A DNA stretch of 32,000 nt from an uncultured Candidatus Saccharibacteria bacterium (GCA_964396115.1 CAYNDL010000005.1:142-32141); one strand, 5' to 3'. Shown: positions 1 through 8,901, counted from the first letter of the stretch. The notes: generated by a model not told the origin, from the sequence alone. Program-made: numbers and translations.

Positions 1-1
1 A

Positions 2-631
2 ATAAAAGAACTTGATGGTCCAGGGAGTTTCTATTTTTACCAAAGTTACGGCTTCCCAAAGGAGATTATGCAGGAACTGGCACAAGAGAATGGGATTGCT
101 TTTGATGCAAAAGCCTTCGAAAGAGAGTTTGAGAAGCATCAAGAAGTCTCTCGAGCAGGGATTAATCAAAAGTTTGCGGGCGGATTAGCTGATCATTCCG
201 AACAAACAACTAAGTTACATACGGCCACCCATTTGCTGCACGCCGCATTGCGGAAAGTTTTAGGCACACATGTCCAGCAGAAAGGGTCAAACATAACACC
301 AGAAAGGTTACGTTTTGATTTCTCTCATCCATCTAAGATGACGCAAGAAGAGATAAAGCAAGTAGAAGACCTTGTTAACGAACAAATTAAAAGAAACTTG
401 CCTGTAACCAGAGAAATGGCCTCGAAAGAAGAAGCAAAACAGACAGGTGCGTTAGGATTTTTTGAAGAAAAATATGGAGCACAGGTTAGTGTCTATACGA
501 TGGGAGACTTTTCAAAAGAAATTTGCGGAGGTCCGCACGTCGAGGAGACTGGAAAGCTGGTGCACTTCAAGATCCTAAAGGAAGAGTCGGTTTCTGCTGG
601 GATAAGGCGAATAAAGGCAACCGTCGGGTAA
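2..631 (+). CDS. alaS: Alanyl-tRNA synthetase, C-terminal part (5' end outside window)
   Basis: Frame 2 is open from the window edge (IKELDGPGSFYFYQSYGFPKEI...). It carries the AlaRS editing-domain metal motifs HTATHLLHAAL and CGGPHV and ends at GIRRIKATVG-stop. Confidence 0.85.
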   Translation: MKELDGPGSFYFYQSYGFPKEIMQELAQENGIAFDAKAFEREFEKHQEVSRAGINQKFAGGLADHSEQTTKLHTATHLLHAALRKVLGTHVQQKGSNITPERLRFDFSHPSKMTQEEIKQVEDLVNEQIKRNLPVTREMASKEEAKQTGALGFFEEKYGAQVSVYTMGDFSKEICGGPHVEETGKLVHFKILKEESVSAGIRRIKATVG

Positions 632-695
632 AAAGGAAGGATTCAAGTTCCGATTTTATGGTGGCATATAAAAATGCTAATATTGTGTTATACCC

Positions 696-1787
696 ATGGC
701 TTTCTGGAGGAAAGACAACAAGAAAAATAGTATCGTCGTTATTGCATTACGCAAGAACTCAATATATGCCTTGAGAGGGTTTCGTTCTGCAGAAAACCCG
801 CCTCTCAAGATCCAAGCTGAAGCGGTTTTCTCGATGGATAATAAAGAGAGGTTACCGTCCTTATTGCAACAAAAGTTGAATTGGCAACCCGAAGAACAGA
901 TTTTTATCACGAAGCCATCGCCGCTCCTTGCTGGTACATCAATTTCTCTTGTTTTACCGAGGCATGATGAAGAACATCCGGTGATCAGGGACGCAAGAGA
1001 GATATTGCACCGCGCACAGTGGCGCGCATCAGACAGTGCCCGGGAAGAAGCAGCAAATTTTTTCGGTTGTTCACTCGAGGAGGTGGAGCCTTATGGGTCT
1101 GCGATAGAACGCTGGAAGGAAACCTCGGAAGAAGTTGAAGCAACAATTTTTCAGGCCTGTGTGCCCCGTTGGAATGTTAATGAAGAATATTTGTCTTTGC
1201 CTGGCGCCAATCAATTTTTAATGCCGATGGTGTTGGGTCAGGAGGTTGGAAATACCCCTGTACCAGAAGCCATATTGCACACAGAAGACAACTTGTCTGT
1301 CCTCGTCGTTCGTCAAAATAACATTTTAAAAAAAGTTCGAACTGTTAACTGTGGAATCGATACCATAAGGGGGCAGTTACAGAAGAGCCTGGACTGTTCA
1401 CCACATGAAGCAGATGTCTTGATGCAACATTGTCTAGAGGGAAAGCTTTCAGAAGGAGGACAAAAGACGATTTTAAGAGTCATGCGGCAATTACTCCCGC
1501 TTTGGGCGGGAATGTTCGCGGTGGGCATGGATAATATTCCGGAAAATGAACGACCGCGAAAATTGCTCGTCACGGGTTTATACCCTAAGCTGATCGCGAA
1601 GCTTTATTGTCGTCCCCAAATACTTATGAGATGGTCACATGAAAATGTTAAGGTTAGTATCTTGGCGCAACAAAATGACTTGCTCGGCTATCCTTCTGCG
1701 TTGCGCACTTCGTTCAAGTACATCACGAGGCAAACCGCCGGAGTGAAAGTTCCTGCAACTGTTAATTTTGGGCTTCGGGCTGTTTGA
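696..1787 (+). CDS. Hypothetical protein, possibly a divergent actin-like (FtsA/PilM-type) fold
   Basis: 363-aa ORF with an ATG start. Weak resemblance to FtsA/PilM blocks (GIDTIRGQLQKSL..., LLVTGLYPKLIAKL). Its stop overlaps the next gene's start region. No confident family assignment. Confidence 0.45.
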   Translation: MAFWRKDNKKNSIVVIALRKNSIYALRGFRSAENPPLKIQAEAVFSMDNKERLPSLLQQKLNWQPEEQIFITKPSPLLAGTSISLVLPRHDEEHPVIRDAREILHRAQWRASDSAREEAANFFGCSLEEVEPYGSAIERWKETSEEVEATIFQACVPRWNVNEEYLSLPGANQFLMPMVLGQEVGNTPVPEAILHTEDNLSVLVVRQNNILKKVRTVNCGIDTIRGQLQKSLDCSPHEADVLMQHCLEGKLSEGGQKTILRVMRQLLPLWAGMFAVGMDNIPENERPRKLLVTGLYPKLIAKLYCRPQILMRWSHENVKVSILAQQNDLLGYPSALRTSFKYITRQTAGVKVPATVNFGLRAV

Positions 1788-1789
1788 TT

Positions 1790-3292
1790 ATGGAAGAAAA
1801 CCGGGATAAAGGTTCACGCTGGGAATATCGGGTCACTCCCGACGATACTTTGTTCAGTTTGCTGGAAAGAGTACGGGAAACACCAGGAACAGATCTTCTT
1901 TTGGACATAACGGACAACGATTTGCTACGAACGGACGGTGCCTTAAGACGTACGTTAGTTTCTGCTGCGAGTGAATTCCACAAGCATTTGGCTTTCTCAT
2001 TTGTTGAAGATCACCAGATGAAAAAAACAGAGCCAATAAAAAAAGTGGTCACTACAACGGTCAAAAAAGAAAAAGACAGGGTTTCGAATGGAAAACCGAA
2101 AAACGTACCCATTGCCGTCATTAGTAAACCAAGAGATCATCATTCTAATGTTGCGTTGCTGTTGCCCCAGCTAGGGCAATCAGGAAAAAGGGTCGCTATT
2201 GTCTTCTCGTTTCTGTCGGGGCTTCTCATTACTGGAATAATCTTCTTTCTTTTGCCCCAAGCTGACATAAAAATTACTCCGGATGTAGAGCCAGTAAACA
2301 TGGATCTGAAAATTAAGGGGTCGGCGGGCGTGTCACAAACTGATGCACACAATGCGATTGTGCCTGTCAAACTGTCCACGATCGATGAGGGGGTGAGTGG
2401 GGTTTTTGCTGTTAGTCACATGGACCAGCAGGGCGACAAGGCGCAAGGGAGTGTGGTGATCATAAACAAGACCGGTGAAACGCAAAAGATAAAAGGTAAG
2501 AGCCACTTGAAAGCGGAGAATGGCAGGATGTTCACACTCGACACGGCGGTGATTGTCCCGCCCAAAAGTTCAGTGAAGGCGGCTGTAACAGCGGAAGAAG
2601 GGGGAGAGAAAGGAAACTTGAGCGAAGGAAAGTTGTATTTTACAGCGTTGTCTAAAGACGCCGAAGCAATTTTATTTGCAGAGGTCCAAAGCCCTCTACT
2701 AGGGGGAACAGATAAGTTGGTCCCTTCGCTGGATAAAAGCGACATAGAGAAATCGTCAGGAGAACTTATTAAGACAGAAGAAGATAAATTAAGAAAGAAA
2801 ATTGCTGACGAACAGGGAGAAGGTGTAATTAAGGACCAGAGACTAGTGAGAATCGCCATAGCGGATCCATACACGAATGAAGAGCTAAAGGCTCCCGTGA
2901 ACGAATTTCATTTGCAGGGTAAGGCGCGAGCAGAGTATATGGAAATTTCGGAAAAAGAACTGTTTGACCTAATAAGACAATTAGTCCTGGCGAAATCGGG
3001 TGAGGGAAAGGTGTTGGGGAAGCCGCTTTCTGCCGAAATTGCGAAAGTTGAAAGTGTTGACTGGGATAATGGGGAAGTAAATTTGGCTGTTCATTTGGAC
3101 AACATCGTTCACACAGATTTTGACATGCCGAATCTGAAAAAAAAGCTTATGGGTAGGACCATCGAAGGCGTCCACGACTACTTGCGCGCGATCCCCGGTG
3201 TGAAAGATGTATTTGTTAAACTCGGACCTTTCTGGATCAAGCGTGTTCCCAGTTTAGGGCGAAACATTCACATTGAGCTCATACTTCCGTAA
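1790..3292 (+). CDS. Hypothetical single-pass membrane protein with a large extracytoplasmic domain
   Basis: ATG at 1790; an alternative TTG at 1784 overlaps the upstream TGA at 1785-1787. One TM helix (VAIVFSFLSGLLITGIIFFLL) follows about 140 cytoplasmic residues. The C-terminal region vaguely recalls the baseplate-J-like annotations seen in CPR genomes (from memory, unverified). Confidence 0.55.
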   Translation: MEENRDKGSRWEYRVTPDDTLFSLLERVRETPGTDLLLDITDNDLLRTDGALRRTLVSAASEFHKHLAFSFVEDHQMKKTEPIKKVVTTTVKKEKDRVSNGKPKNVPIAVISKPRDHHSNVALLLPQLGQSGKRVAIVFSFLSGLLITGIIFFLLPQADIKITPDVEPVNMDLKIKGSAGVSQTDAHNAIVPVKLSTIDEGVSGVFAVSHMDQQGDKAQGSVVIINKTGETQKIKGKSHLKAENGRMFTLDTAVIVPPKSSVKAAVTAEEGGEKGNLSEGKLYFTALSKDAEAILFAEVQSPLLGGTDKLVPSLDKSDIEKSSGELIKTEEDKLRKKIADEQGEGVIKDQRLVRIAIADPYTNEELKAPVNEFHLQGKARAEYMEISEKELFDLIRQLVLAKSGEGKVLGKPLSAEIAKVESVDWDNGEVNLAVHLDNIVHTDFDMPNLKKKLMGRTIEGVHDYLRAIPGVKDVFVKLGPFWIKRVPSLGRNIHIELILP

Positions 3293-3295
3293 CTT

Positions 3296-3326
3296 AAAAC
3301 GCCGAAGTTTTGCTTCGGCGGTTGTT
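3296..3326. terminator. Bidirectional intrinsic terminator between convergent genes
   Basis: 8-bp GC-rich stem cgccgaag/cttcggcg (3300-3307 / 3313-3320), flanked by an A-run upstream and T-rich sequence downstream. Confidence 0.6.
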
Positions 3327-3330
3327 CTGG

Positions 3331-4500
3331 TCAGCAGGCGACTGCTGGAACCCAATTCGGTTCAATCGACTGGTAGACGAAGAGATCGTCTTGCAGTGCC
3401 TTCTTGATTGCAGCCCGGTCCACATTATTGAGTGGAGTACCAGATGCGAGCTTGGCCCAAAAAGTTGGACTGGCATAGCGCACGGCATGCCCGGCGACTC
3501 TTACCTCAGTGAGCAGGTCACCATCGCCTTGGGGGATGAAAACATCATTGATGTTATCGGTCCCCAATTGGACAGGAATTCGGCAAGCGCATAACTCCAG
3601 GATCGGAGCAATAGCGCTATGGGAAGGAGCCAAGATCGGTCGCAGCTGGCGCATGGAGACTGCAGCGGTCGGACACACGATGACCCCAACCTTGTACTCC
3701 ATGAGATCATCCAGAAGTTGCCGACGTCGTGCTTCACCATACCCATTGGGCGAAATCATGTGAATCGCCCAGACCATCGGTCCTTTGCGGAATGGATCCA
3801 GCCACTTGAGTCCCTCGATCAGCGTTTCGGTGCCATGTTCGTTCGGGTTGTTGGCCTGGTCAACATGGACATGAACTTCCTTGTTTAACTCCATCGCCAG
3901 TTCAAGAATGCGGCGCAGATGTCCTCGGAAGGTGATTCTGCCAGCGTGTTTCACCGGATCAGAGTGCTCATCCTTTTCCGGCAGGCCCACTAGGAAGTCG
4001 GCTTGTTTAGCGGCTCTGGCAAATACCTTCCATCTCTGGGTTCCTTCCTTAAAACCGAAGATGGGCATAGGGCCGATCTCGATCTTGATGCGGGTCGCGT
4101 ACTTTTCTTTCAGTTCCTGTGCCACCCGAAAGGCGAGCATGCCACGTTCCTTAATGTCCGGCGTGACATCGATGCAGGAGACAAAGCGTGTTACGCCGTA
4201 CGCAATCTGGTTCTCGATAACCTGCGACATTCGGACGCGCAAGTCCTTCTCTGTGAAGGCCATCCCGTCATGGAATGCCCCTACGAGGTCCTGCTTGACC
4301 TCGAGTGGTGCGCTGCTTGCGTCTAGCGGCGTCGTTCCGATGTGACGGAGATACTCGTCCGGCAGAGTTCTTGCCCGATCCCAGTGAGCATGGGCGTTGC
4401 TGAACCCTCCCATTTTTTGGACGTCCCGTAGAACGGATTCGCCAAAAATGTCGAGTTGCCGTGGGACAACTATGTTTCTTGTCAAACGTGCTTTTCTCAT
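3331..4500 (-). CDS. Metal-dependent amidohydrolase, cytosine-deaminase-like
   Basis: 389 aa. HxH motif (NAHAHWD), VHVHVDQANNPNE (compare CodA IDVHCDEIDD) and a C-terminal GTDNINDVF (compare GHDDVFDP). Strong SD AAGGAGG sits 8 nt upstream of the ATG. GC is visibly higher than in the neighbours. Confidence 0.7.
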   Translation of the reverse strand: MRKARLTRNIVVPRQLDIFGESVLRDVQKMGGFSNAHAHWDRARTLPDEYLRHIGTTPLDASSAPLEVKQDLVGAFHDGMAFTEKDLRVRMSQVIENQIAYGVTRFVSCIDVTPDIKERGMLAFRVAQELKEKYATRIKIEIGPMPIFGFKEGTQRWKVFARAAKQADFLVGLPEKDEHSDPVKHAGRITFRGHLRRILELAMELNKEVHVHVDQANNPNEHGTETLIEGLKWLDPFRKGPMVWAIHMISPNGYGEARRRQLLDDLMEYKVGVIVCPTAAVSMRQLRPILAPSHSAIAPILELCACRIPVQLGTDNINDVFIPQGDGDLLTEVRVAGHAVRYASPTFWAKLASGTPLNNVDRAAIKKALQDDLFVYQSIEPNWVPAVAC

Positions 4501-4551
4501 CGCCCGTTCCTCCTTTAGATTGTGTTGACTTGGGCTTTGAAACCCTCGCTA

Positions 4552-4580
4552 ATTCTCCTTACTTATAGATTGGTTGTCAA
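4552..4580 (-). promoter_or_regulatory. Candidate sigma70-type promoter for the amidohydrolase gene
   Basis: On the minus strand: TTGACA (4575-4580), 17 nt, GAGAAT (4552-4557). Confidence 0.3.
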
Positions 4581-4627
4581 ATTTTATTAATAAGGAGACT
4601 GGTTAGAAGGACCCGTTTACTGCTTTC

Positions 4628-4660
4628 TTGACGAAAAAAAGATAGTAGTTTACTATCTTT
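4628..4660 (+). promoter_or_regulatory. Candidate promoter of the infA-ribosomal operon, overlapped by a 10-bp perfect inverted repeat
   Basis: TTGACG (4628-4633), 17 nt, TACTAT (4651-4656). Palindrome aaagatagta-gtt-tactatcttt at 4638-4660. Confidence 0.35.
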
Positions 4661-4805
4661 CTAGGCTTTTTTACAGATTTCAAGACCTTGGGACCGCTAC
4701 TGACCATATATACTATTGGTTTTGGTCTTGCACGCATTCATGATGCGGGTAGGAAATGCGGCTTCTAGTTAAAGCCTTTGTATCAATTACTCGTAAAGTT
4801 AATTT

Positions 4806-5033
4806 GTGAGTCCTAAAGACGCTTTGTTAATGACCGGAGTGGTCAAGGAGACCCTCCCCAACACAATGTTCCGTGTCGAAATCGAAGGGGGCCATGAGGT
4901 TCTCGCCCACATATCAGGCAAGATGCGCGTGCATTACATCAGGGTTTTGCCTGGTGATCGCGTAGTGGTAGAGATGAGCCCTTATGATCTAAACCGTGGA
5001 CGTATTGTGCAACGTCTTAAGGATTCTCAATAA
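4806..5033 (+). CDS. infA: Translation initiation factor IF-1
   Basis: GTG start. S1-like IF-1 sequence ([31 protein letters not shown]...[10 protein letters not shown]). Confidence 0.95.
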   Translation: MSPKDALLMTGVVKETLPNTMFRVEIEGGHEVLAHISGKMRVHYIRVLPGDRVVVEMSPYDLNRGRIVQRLKDSQ

Positions 5034-5045
5034 AATTACTTAACC

Positions 5046-5162
5046 ATGAAAGTTCAAGCATCTGTGAAAGCTCGTTGTGCCCAGTGCAAAGTGGTTCGCC
5101 GCCGCGGAAAAGTTTTCGTGACGTGCAAAGCTAATCCGAGACATAAGCAAAGACAAGGATAA
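5046..5162 (+). CDS. rpmJ: 50S ribosomal protein L36
   Basis: Not in the ORF track because it is short. Hand translation gives [38 protein letters not shown]-stop, with the canonical Zn-ribbon L36 pattern and the expected position between infA and rpsM. Confidence 0.9.
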   Translation: MKVQASVKARCAQCKVVRRRGKVFVTCKANPRHKQRQG

Positions 5163-5167
5163 AACAT

Positions 5168-5560
5168 ATGGCAGTACGTATTTCAGGAATCGTTATACCA
5201 GATAATAAGCGCATCGAAATCGCGCTGACTTACATTTATGGAATTGGTCGAACGACCAGCCGTAATGTTCTCAAAAAAGTAGGTGTCGATGTTAACACTC
5301 GTACGAAAGATCTTACAGAAACCGAGTCGGCAAAAATTCGCGAGGAAATTGAGAACAATTTCAAGGTTGAGGGTGACCTTCGTCGCGATGTCGGTACCCA
5401 TATCCGGCGTTTGAAAGATATTGCTTGCTACCGCGGACTCCGCCACATCAAGAGGCTTCCAGTGCGCGGACAAAGGACAAGGACTAACAGTCGCACAGTG
5501 CGAGGAAATGTAAGAAAGACTGCTGGTTCCGGACGACGTGCCGCAGCAGAAAAGACTTAA
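5168..5560 (+). CDS. rpsM: 30S ribosomal protein S13
   Basis: [27 protein letters not shown]... is typical S13, and the operon context fits. Confidence 0.95.
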   Translation: MAVRISGIVIPDNKRIEIALTYIYGIGRTTSRNVLKKVGVDVNTRTKDLTETESAKIREEIENNFKVEGDLRRDVGTHIRRLKDIACYRGLRHIKRLPVRGQRTRTNSRTVRGNVRKTAGSGRRAAAEKT

Positions 5561-5576
5561 TTAATTTCATTGATAT

Positions 5577-5984
5577 ATGGCTGAGAAAAAAGAATCTACA
5601 GAAAAGAAGGCAAAAAAGTCCAAGCGCCAACGTACGCGTGTTGCGACTGGTCGTGTTTATATCCAGTCCACCTATAACAACACGATTATTTCTGCTACCG
5701 ATGCCAAAGGGAACATTTTAGCTTGGAGTAGCGCTGGAAGAATCGGTTACTCAGGAGCCAAAAAAGCTACCCCTTATGCCGCCCAGGAAATAGTGCGGGA
5801 CATGATGCAGCGTCTGGAACCTTATGGAATGAAAGAAGCCATCGTGTTTGTTAAGGGGATCGGCAGTGCCCGTGAAGCGGCTATCCGCTCTCTCGGAGTC
5901 CACGGCTTAGTAGTTACTTCTATTAAGGATATGACCCCTATTCCTCATAACGGTACGCGTCCCCCTCGGCCGCGCCGTGTTTAA
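5577..5984 (+). CDS. rpsK: 30S ribosomal protein S11
   Basis: GRVYIQSTYNNTIISATDAKGN...GSAREAAIRSL is typical S11. Confidence 0.95.
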   Translation: MAEKKESTEKKAKKSKRQRTRVATGRVYIQSTYNNTIISATDAKGNILAWSSAGRIGYSGAKKATPYAAQEIVRDMMQRLEPYGMKEAIVFVKGIGSAREAAIRSLGVHGLVVTSIKDMTPIPHNGTRPPRPRRV

Positions 5985-5995
5985 TTAAAATATAT

Positions 5996-6658
5996 ATGAC
6001 AACAGCTTTTGATACAGCTTGCGCCCGTTGCAGAAGGGCCGGAGAAAAACTCTTCTTGAAGGGTGACAAGTGTGCACAACCGAAATGTCCTATGATCCGA
6101 CGTGCGTATGCACCTGGAAACCATGGTCCCGCTAATAAGCCAGCTGGTGGCAGTGGTTCTTCTGGCGGCGGTTCCCGCAACACATCAGATTACGGGCGCC
6201 AATTACGGGAGAAACAGGAATTGCGTGCAACTTATGGGATCCGCGAACGTCAACTCAAGAAATACTACTTACAGGCCATTCGTAAGAAGGGCGTTACTGG
6301 TGAAATGCTTATCCAGTACCTGGAATCCCGTCTCGATAACGTCGTATACCGCTTAGGTTACGGCAGTACACGAGCTCAAGCCCGCCAGATGGTGGGACAC
6401 GGTATGTTCAGTGTTAATGATCGCCCTGTCGATATCCCTTCCTATCAAGTGAAGAAAGACGATGTAATCACTGTAAAGGAGACAAAACGCGCCAAAGTGA
6501 CCTTTGTTGATCTGCAAGAAAAAGTTGCTAACAAAACTTTGCCAATTTGGCTGGAGAGGGTGGATACGTATTCTGGCAAAGTAACCGGTACTCCTTCTCT
6601 TGAACCTCACGAGCTGCCTGTCGATATTCAGGCGATCGTTGAGTTCTACTCAAGGTAA
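5996..6658 (+). CDS. rpsD: 30S ribosomal protein S4 (Zn-ribbon type, with a Gly/Ser-rich insertion)
   Basis: Four N-terminal Cys (CARC...CAQPKC), SDYGRQLREKQ and an S4 RNA-binding domain (LESRLDNVVYRLGY). Confidence 0.95.
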   Translation: MTTAFDTACARCRRAGEKLFLKGDKCAQPKCPMIRRAYAPGNHGPANKPAGGSGSSGGGSRNTSDYGRQLREKQELRATYGIRERQLKKYYLQAIRKKGVTGEMLIQYLESRLDNVVYRLGYGSTRAQARQMVGHGMFSVNDRPVDIPSYQVKKDDVITVKETKRAKVTFVDLQEKVANKTLPIWLERVDTYSGKVTGTPSLEPHELPVDIQAIVEFYSR

Positions 6659-6681
6659 TAATAATAACTAATCAAATCACT

Positions 6682-7698
6682 ATGGAAAAAATTCCAATTC
6701 CCGATTCAGTAACACTCGTTAAAGAAGAGGGCAATGAAGCAATTTTCGAAATAAGCCCGTATTTTCCGGGTTACGGTCCGACGCTCGGTAATGCCTTGCG
6801 TAGGGTACTGCTTTCTTCTTTGCCAGGAGCTGCTGTCACAGCTGTACGCATTGAGGGTGTTGACCATGAATTTTCGACCCTAAACGGCATAAAGGAAGAT
6901 ATCGTCTCAATTCTTTTGAATTTAAAGCAGTTAAGGCTGAAAGTTCACAAGGATGAACCTGTTGAACTTCGTTTGAAGGTGAAAGGTGAGAAGGTTGTTA
7001 AGGCTAAGGATTTCGAAAAGAATTCCGAAGTTGAAATCGTTAACCCTGAACTCGTCATTGCCAACTTAACTGATGCCAAGTCTGAGCTCACATTAACCGT
7101 TGTTGCTAAGAACGGCCGCGGTTACGTTCCGGTGGAAAACCGCGAGACTGAGAACCGTGATTTGGGTGAGATAGCTGTTGATGCGATCTTTACACCTGTT
7201 GAACGTGTAAGTTTCCGCGTTGAAAACGTCCGTGTCGGGCAAGAAACGGAATATCACAAGTTGATAATGACCATCCGCACTGACGGTACTCTAACTCCGC
7301 GTGAAGCCCTGAGTCAGGCAGCCTCAATTCTTGAAGATCACTTTAAGAATTTGGTGACTGATCTCAAGGAACGTTTGACTGTTGTAAGAGAGAGTGCTCC
7401 TGTTGTTGAGCAAGTAGTGGCTGCTGTTCCAGCTAAAGAAGATGCACCTGTTTCTGAAGGATCTGCACAGGACAAGTCTTTCGAAGGAAAGTCTCTTCCA
7501 ATCTTGCGTTTTCCAGTAAGTACAAGAATCCAGAATATCTTGGAAAAAGAAGGAGTAAGGACTGTCGCAGGATTAATGCAGAAGACCCACAGCCAATTAT
7601 TGGCGATGGAAGGATTGGGAGAAAAAGCCGTGCAAGAAGTTGAAACCGCTTTGCAAGATATGGGCTTATCCTTAAGGGAGGAAAAGACTGAGGAGTAA
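6682..7698 (+). CDS. rpoA: DNA-directed RNA polymerase alpha subunit
   Basis: GYGPTLGNALRRVLLSSLPGAAVTAVRIEGVDHEFS plus a C-terminal HhH domain. Operon position fits. Confidence 0.95.
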   Translation: MEKIPIPDSVTLVKEEGNEAIFEISPYFPGYGPTLGNALRRVLLSSLPGAAVTAVRIEGVDHEFSTLNGIKEDIVSILLNLKQLRLKVHKDEPVELRLKVKGEKVVKAKDFEKNSEVEIVNPELVIANLTDAKSELTLTVVAKNGRGYVPVENRETENRDLGEIAVDAIFTPVERVSFRVENVRVGQETEYHKLIMTIRTDGTLTPREALSQAASILEDHFKNLVTDLKERLTVVRESAPVVEQVVAAVPAKEDAPVSEGSAQDKSFEGKSLPILRFPVSTRIQNILEKEGVRTVAGLMQKTHSQLLAMEGLGEKAVQEVETALQDMGLSLREEKTEE

Positions 7699-8048
7699 TG
7701 CGTCACCGAAAGAACAAAATCACCCTCTCCCGTACTCCGGCTGAACGCAAGGCGTTAGCTCGAAAGATGGCTATTGCTTTCCTAAAAGAAGGCAAGATCC
7801 AAACGACAGCTACACGCGCCCGTTTTGTTCGTCAGTTCGTGGAACCATTAATCACCAAGGGCAAACCTGGTAGTTTGGAAGCCCGTCGTTACCTGATTGC
7901 GCAACTTGGTAATGCAGAAGCTGCAAAGTTGGTGCTGGACAAGTCCAAGCAATACGAGAAACGTCCAGGTGGCTATACTCGTGTCACGAAGTTAACGACC
8001 CGAAGAGCAGGAGACGCTGCTCCATTAGTGCAACTAGAATTTGTATAA
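7698..8048 (+). CDS. rplQ: 50S ribosomal protein L17
   Basis: MRHRKNKITLSRTPAERKAL... The start overlaps the rpoA stop (TAATG). GAGGAG SD upstream. Confidence 0.95.
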   Translation: MRHRKNKITLSRTPAERKALARKMAIAFLKEGKIQTTATRARFVRQFVEPLITKGKPGSLEARRYLIAQLGNAEAAKLVLDKSKQYEKRPGGYTRVTKLTTRRAGDAAPLVQLEFV

Positions 8049-8052
8049 ACAT

Positions 8053-8478
8053 ATGGCTACTGAATCCAAAAAAACTGAACAGGTACGCAAGTGGCGTCTG
8101 ATTGATGCCAAGGGGCAGGTATTGGGTCGTCTGGCAACAGAGATTGCAACCTATCTTCGTGGCAAGTATAGTCCTAACTTCCAGCCACATAAGGACGAGG
8201 GCGACGTGGTCGTTGTCATCAACACAGACCAAATCCGCGTCACCGGTGGCAAGGAAACTAAAAAATTATACCGTTGGCACAGTTGGTACCCGGGTGGATT
8301 GAAAGAGAAGAAGTTTAGCGAAGTCATGGCTAAGGATTCTCGGCGCGTGATTACAGAAGCTGTGTATGGAATGATTCCTCACAACCGCTTGAGAAGCCGC
8401 ATGATGACCCGTCTGAAGTTGTACAAGGGAGCTGAACATCCACACGAAGCTGCTCCGTTTGAACCATCATCTAAATAA
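8053..8478 (+). CDS. rplM: 50S ribosomal protein L13
   Basis: WRLIDAKGQVLGRLATEIATYLRGK is typical L13. ATG 8053 is preferred over the in-frame TTG at 8041, which overlaps rplQ. Confidence 0.92.
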   Translation: MATESKKTEQVRKWRLIDAKGQVLGRLATEIATYLRGKYSPNFQPHKDEGDVVVVINTDQIRVTGGKETKKLYRWHSWYPGGLKEKKFSEVMAKDSRRVITEAVYGMIPHNRLRSRMMTRLKLYKGAEHPHEAAPFEPSSK

Positions 8479-8481
8479 ACT

Positions 8482-8901
8482 ATGACTGCAATTGCTTTAA
8501 CTGACGTCGCGCGTCGCTATATCGAAGGAGTAGGCCGTCGAAAGACCGCTATAGCCCGCGTAAGGATCGTTCCTAGTGGTACTGGTGTGTTCCTGGTTAA
8601 TAATCAGCCTTGGGACAAGTATTTTCCAACTATTGATATGCAAAAGTCTGTTCGGGATCCCCTCGATGTCACTGGTAATTGGGGACAGTTCGACTTGTCT
8701 GTAAAGGTCAGTGGTGGTGGAATCCATTCCCAGGCAGGAGCTGTGAAGCTCGGTATTGCACGAGCTTTAGTTAAACACGATGAACAACGGCGCAAGTTGC
8801 TCCGTGATACTGGTATGTTGACCCGTGATCCACGCGAGAAAGAACGTAAGAAGCCTGGATTGAAACGAGCCCGTCGAGCGCCACAGTGGAGTAAGCGTTA
8901 A
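8482..8901 (+). CDS. rpsI: 30S ribosomal protein S9
   Basis: GRRKTAIARVRI...GGGIHSQAGAVKLGIARAL...KKPGLKRARRAPQWSKR is typical S9. Confidence 0.95.
   Translation: MTAIALTDVARRYIEGVGRRKTAIARVRIVPSGTGVFLVNNQPWDKYFPTIDMQKSVRDPLDVTGNWGQFDLSVKVSGGGIHSQAGAVKLGIARALVKHDEQRRKLLRDTGMLTRDPREKERKKPGLKRARRAPQWSKR

Noticed and set aside
523-910. ORFs 523..774 (+) and 677..910 (-) around the alaS stop
   Set aside because: They overlap the well-supported alaS and 696..1787 frames and have no motifs or start signals.
3310-4345. Plus-strand ORFs of 84-154 aa overlapping the amidohydrolase gene
   Set aside because: Shadow ORFs opposite a well-supported minus-strand CDS, with no start-site signals.
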